Both the position numbers and the translations under genes were made by a program. The notes under the pieces were generated by a model, which did not search any database, had not been told where the DNA came from, and saw only the letters and a program-made list of their open reading frames with translations. A stretch of DNA of 63,458 bases, the filler included, from Octopus bimaculoides (Eukaryota): the NCBI RefSeq assembly GCF_001194135.2. It is 4 parts of 4 records of this genome, joined end to end, with 100 filler letters (N's around TTAATTAATTAA, not from the genome) between each part and the next. Parts side by side here need not be neighbours in the genome. Positions count along the whole stretch, not along the records: positions 41,837 to 63,458 come from NC_068990.1; 3 more parts are not named here. One strand, given 5' to 3'. Of this stretch, positions 62,933 to 63,458 are shown in pieces. Position 1 is the first letter of the stretch, and every line of letters begins with the position of its first letter.

Positions 62933-63291
62933 GGTCATCCACTGAACTATTTCTATTTCATTTCCAGCAACTTCTGTTGTTCCGCATTCATTATTCATAG
63001 TATTTTCCCTATGCTCAGCATATGCCTTTCTGTTCGGTTACAGCAGCATTCCATGCCTCACCAGCATTTGCATGTCAAAGTTAAGAATAAGTACACCCTA
63101 TCTTGTGTGTCTGCTTAAGGGATGGCATTAGGAAGGGCATCCAGACATAAAACATTACCTTGAAAAAAAAACTGTGATGATGATTATCTGTCCAGAGACA
63201 AGTTAGACGAGCTATGCATATCATCATCATAATCAACAGCAGAAGCTTTATCATCCTCATCATATTTATTTATTTATTTATTTATTTATTG

Positions 63292-63458
63292 CTTGTCGTT
63301 AGAATGCAGTCATGGTGGGACACTGCCATGAAGAATTCTTATTTTTTTTAGTTGAATGAATCAACCCCAGTACTTATTTTTTTTTTTTTTTAAGCCTGGT
63401 ACTTATTCTGTTGGTCTCTTTTTGCTGAACTGCTAAATCACGGGGATGTAAACACACC
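63292..63458 (-). mobile_element. SINE family A 3' segment running off the window
   Basis: aagcctggtacttattctgttggtctctttttgctgaactgctaaatcacggggatgtaaacacacc. Confidence 0.7.

Overview
AT-rich, microsatellite- and gap-laden animal genomic DNA. The repeat families (tRNA-derived SINEs, RTE, CR1 and RLE-type LINE fragments) and overall character point to a coleoid cephalopod, most likely Octopus; this is recognition, not a database result. There are no prokaryotic features, CRISPR arrays or rRNA genes. Three 100-bp N44-TTAATTAATTAA-N44 linkers (28842-28941, 36619-36718, 41737-41836) are scaffold joins, so the window is a mosaic of four pieces and distances across the joins are unreliable. One clear protein-coding gene is present: a single-coding-exon C2H2 zinc-finger gene (47452-48954, +, 500 aa). 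It has five N-terminal fingers, a C-terminal Ikaros/Hunchback-type dimerisation finger pair, an exact PEDLS CtBP-type motif and two SUMO consensus sites. Downstream of it the DNA is strongly CpG-depleted, consistent with a methylated gene body, and holds tandem SINE arrays and a few candidate small exons. The rest is transposon debris, with several structures worth following up: at least five hammerhead-ribozyme-like motifs (one in a 560-bp tandem/foldback unit resembling Penelope/retrozyme elements), an RTE LINE 3' end carrying three tandem C2H2 fingers, a LINE whose last ~113 bp are inverted in place, nested TTAA MITEs and foldback elements. Almost all other ORFs in the supplied track are artefacts of microsatellites or N-runs.
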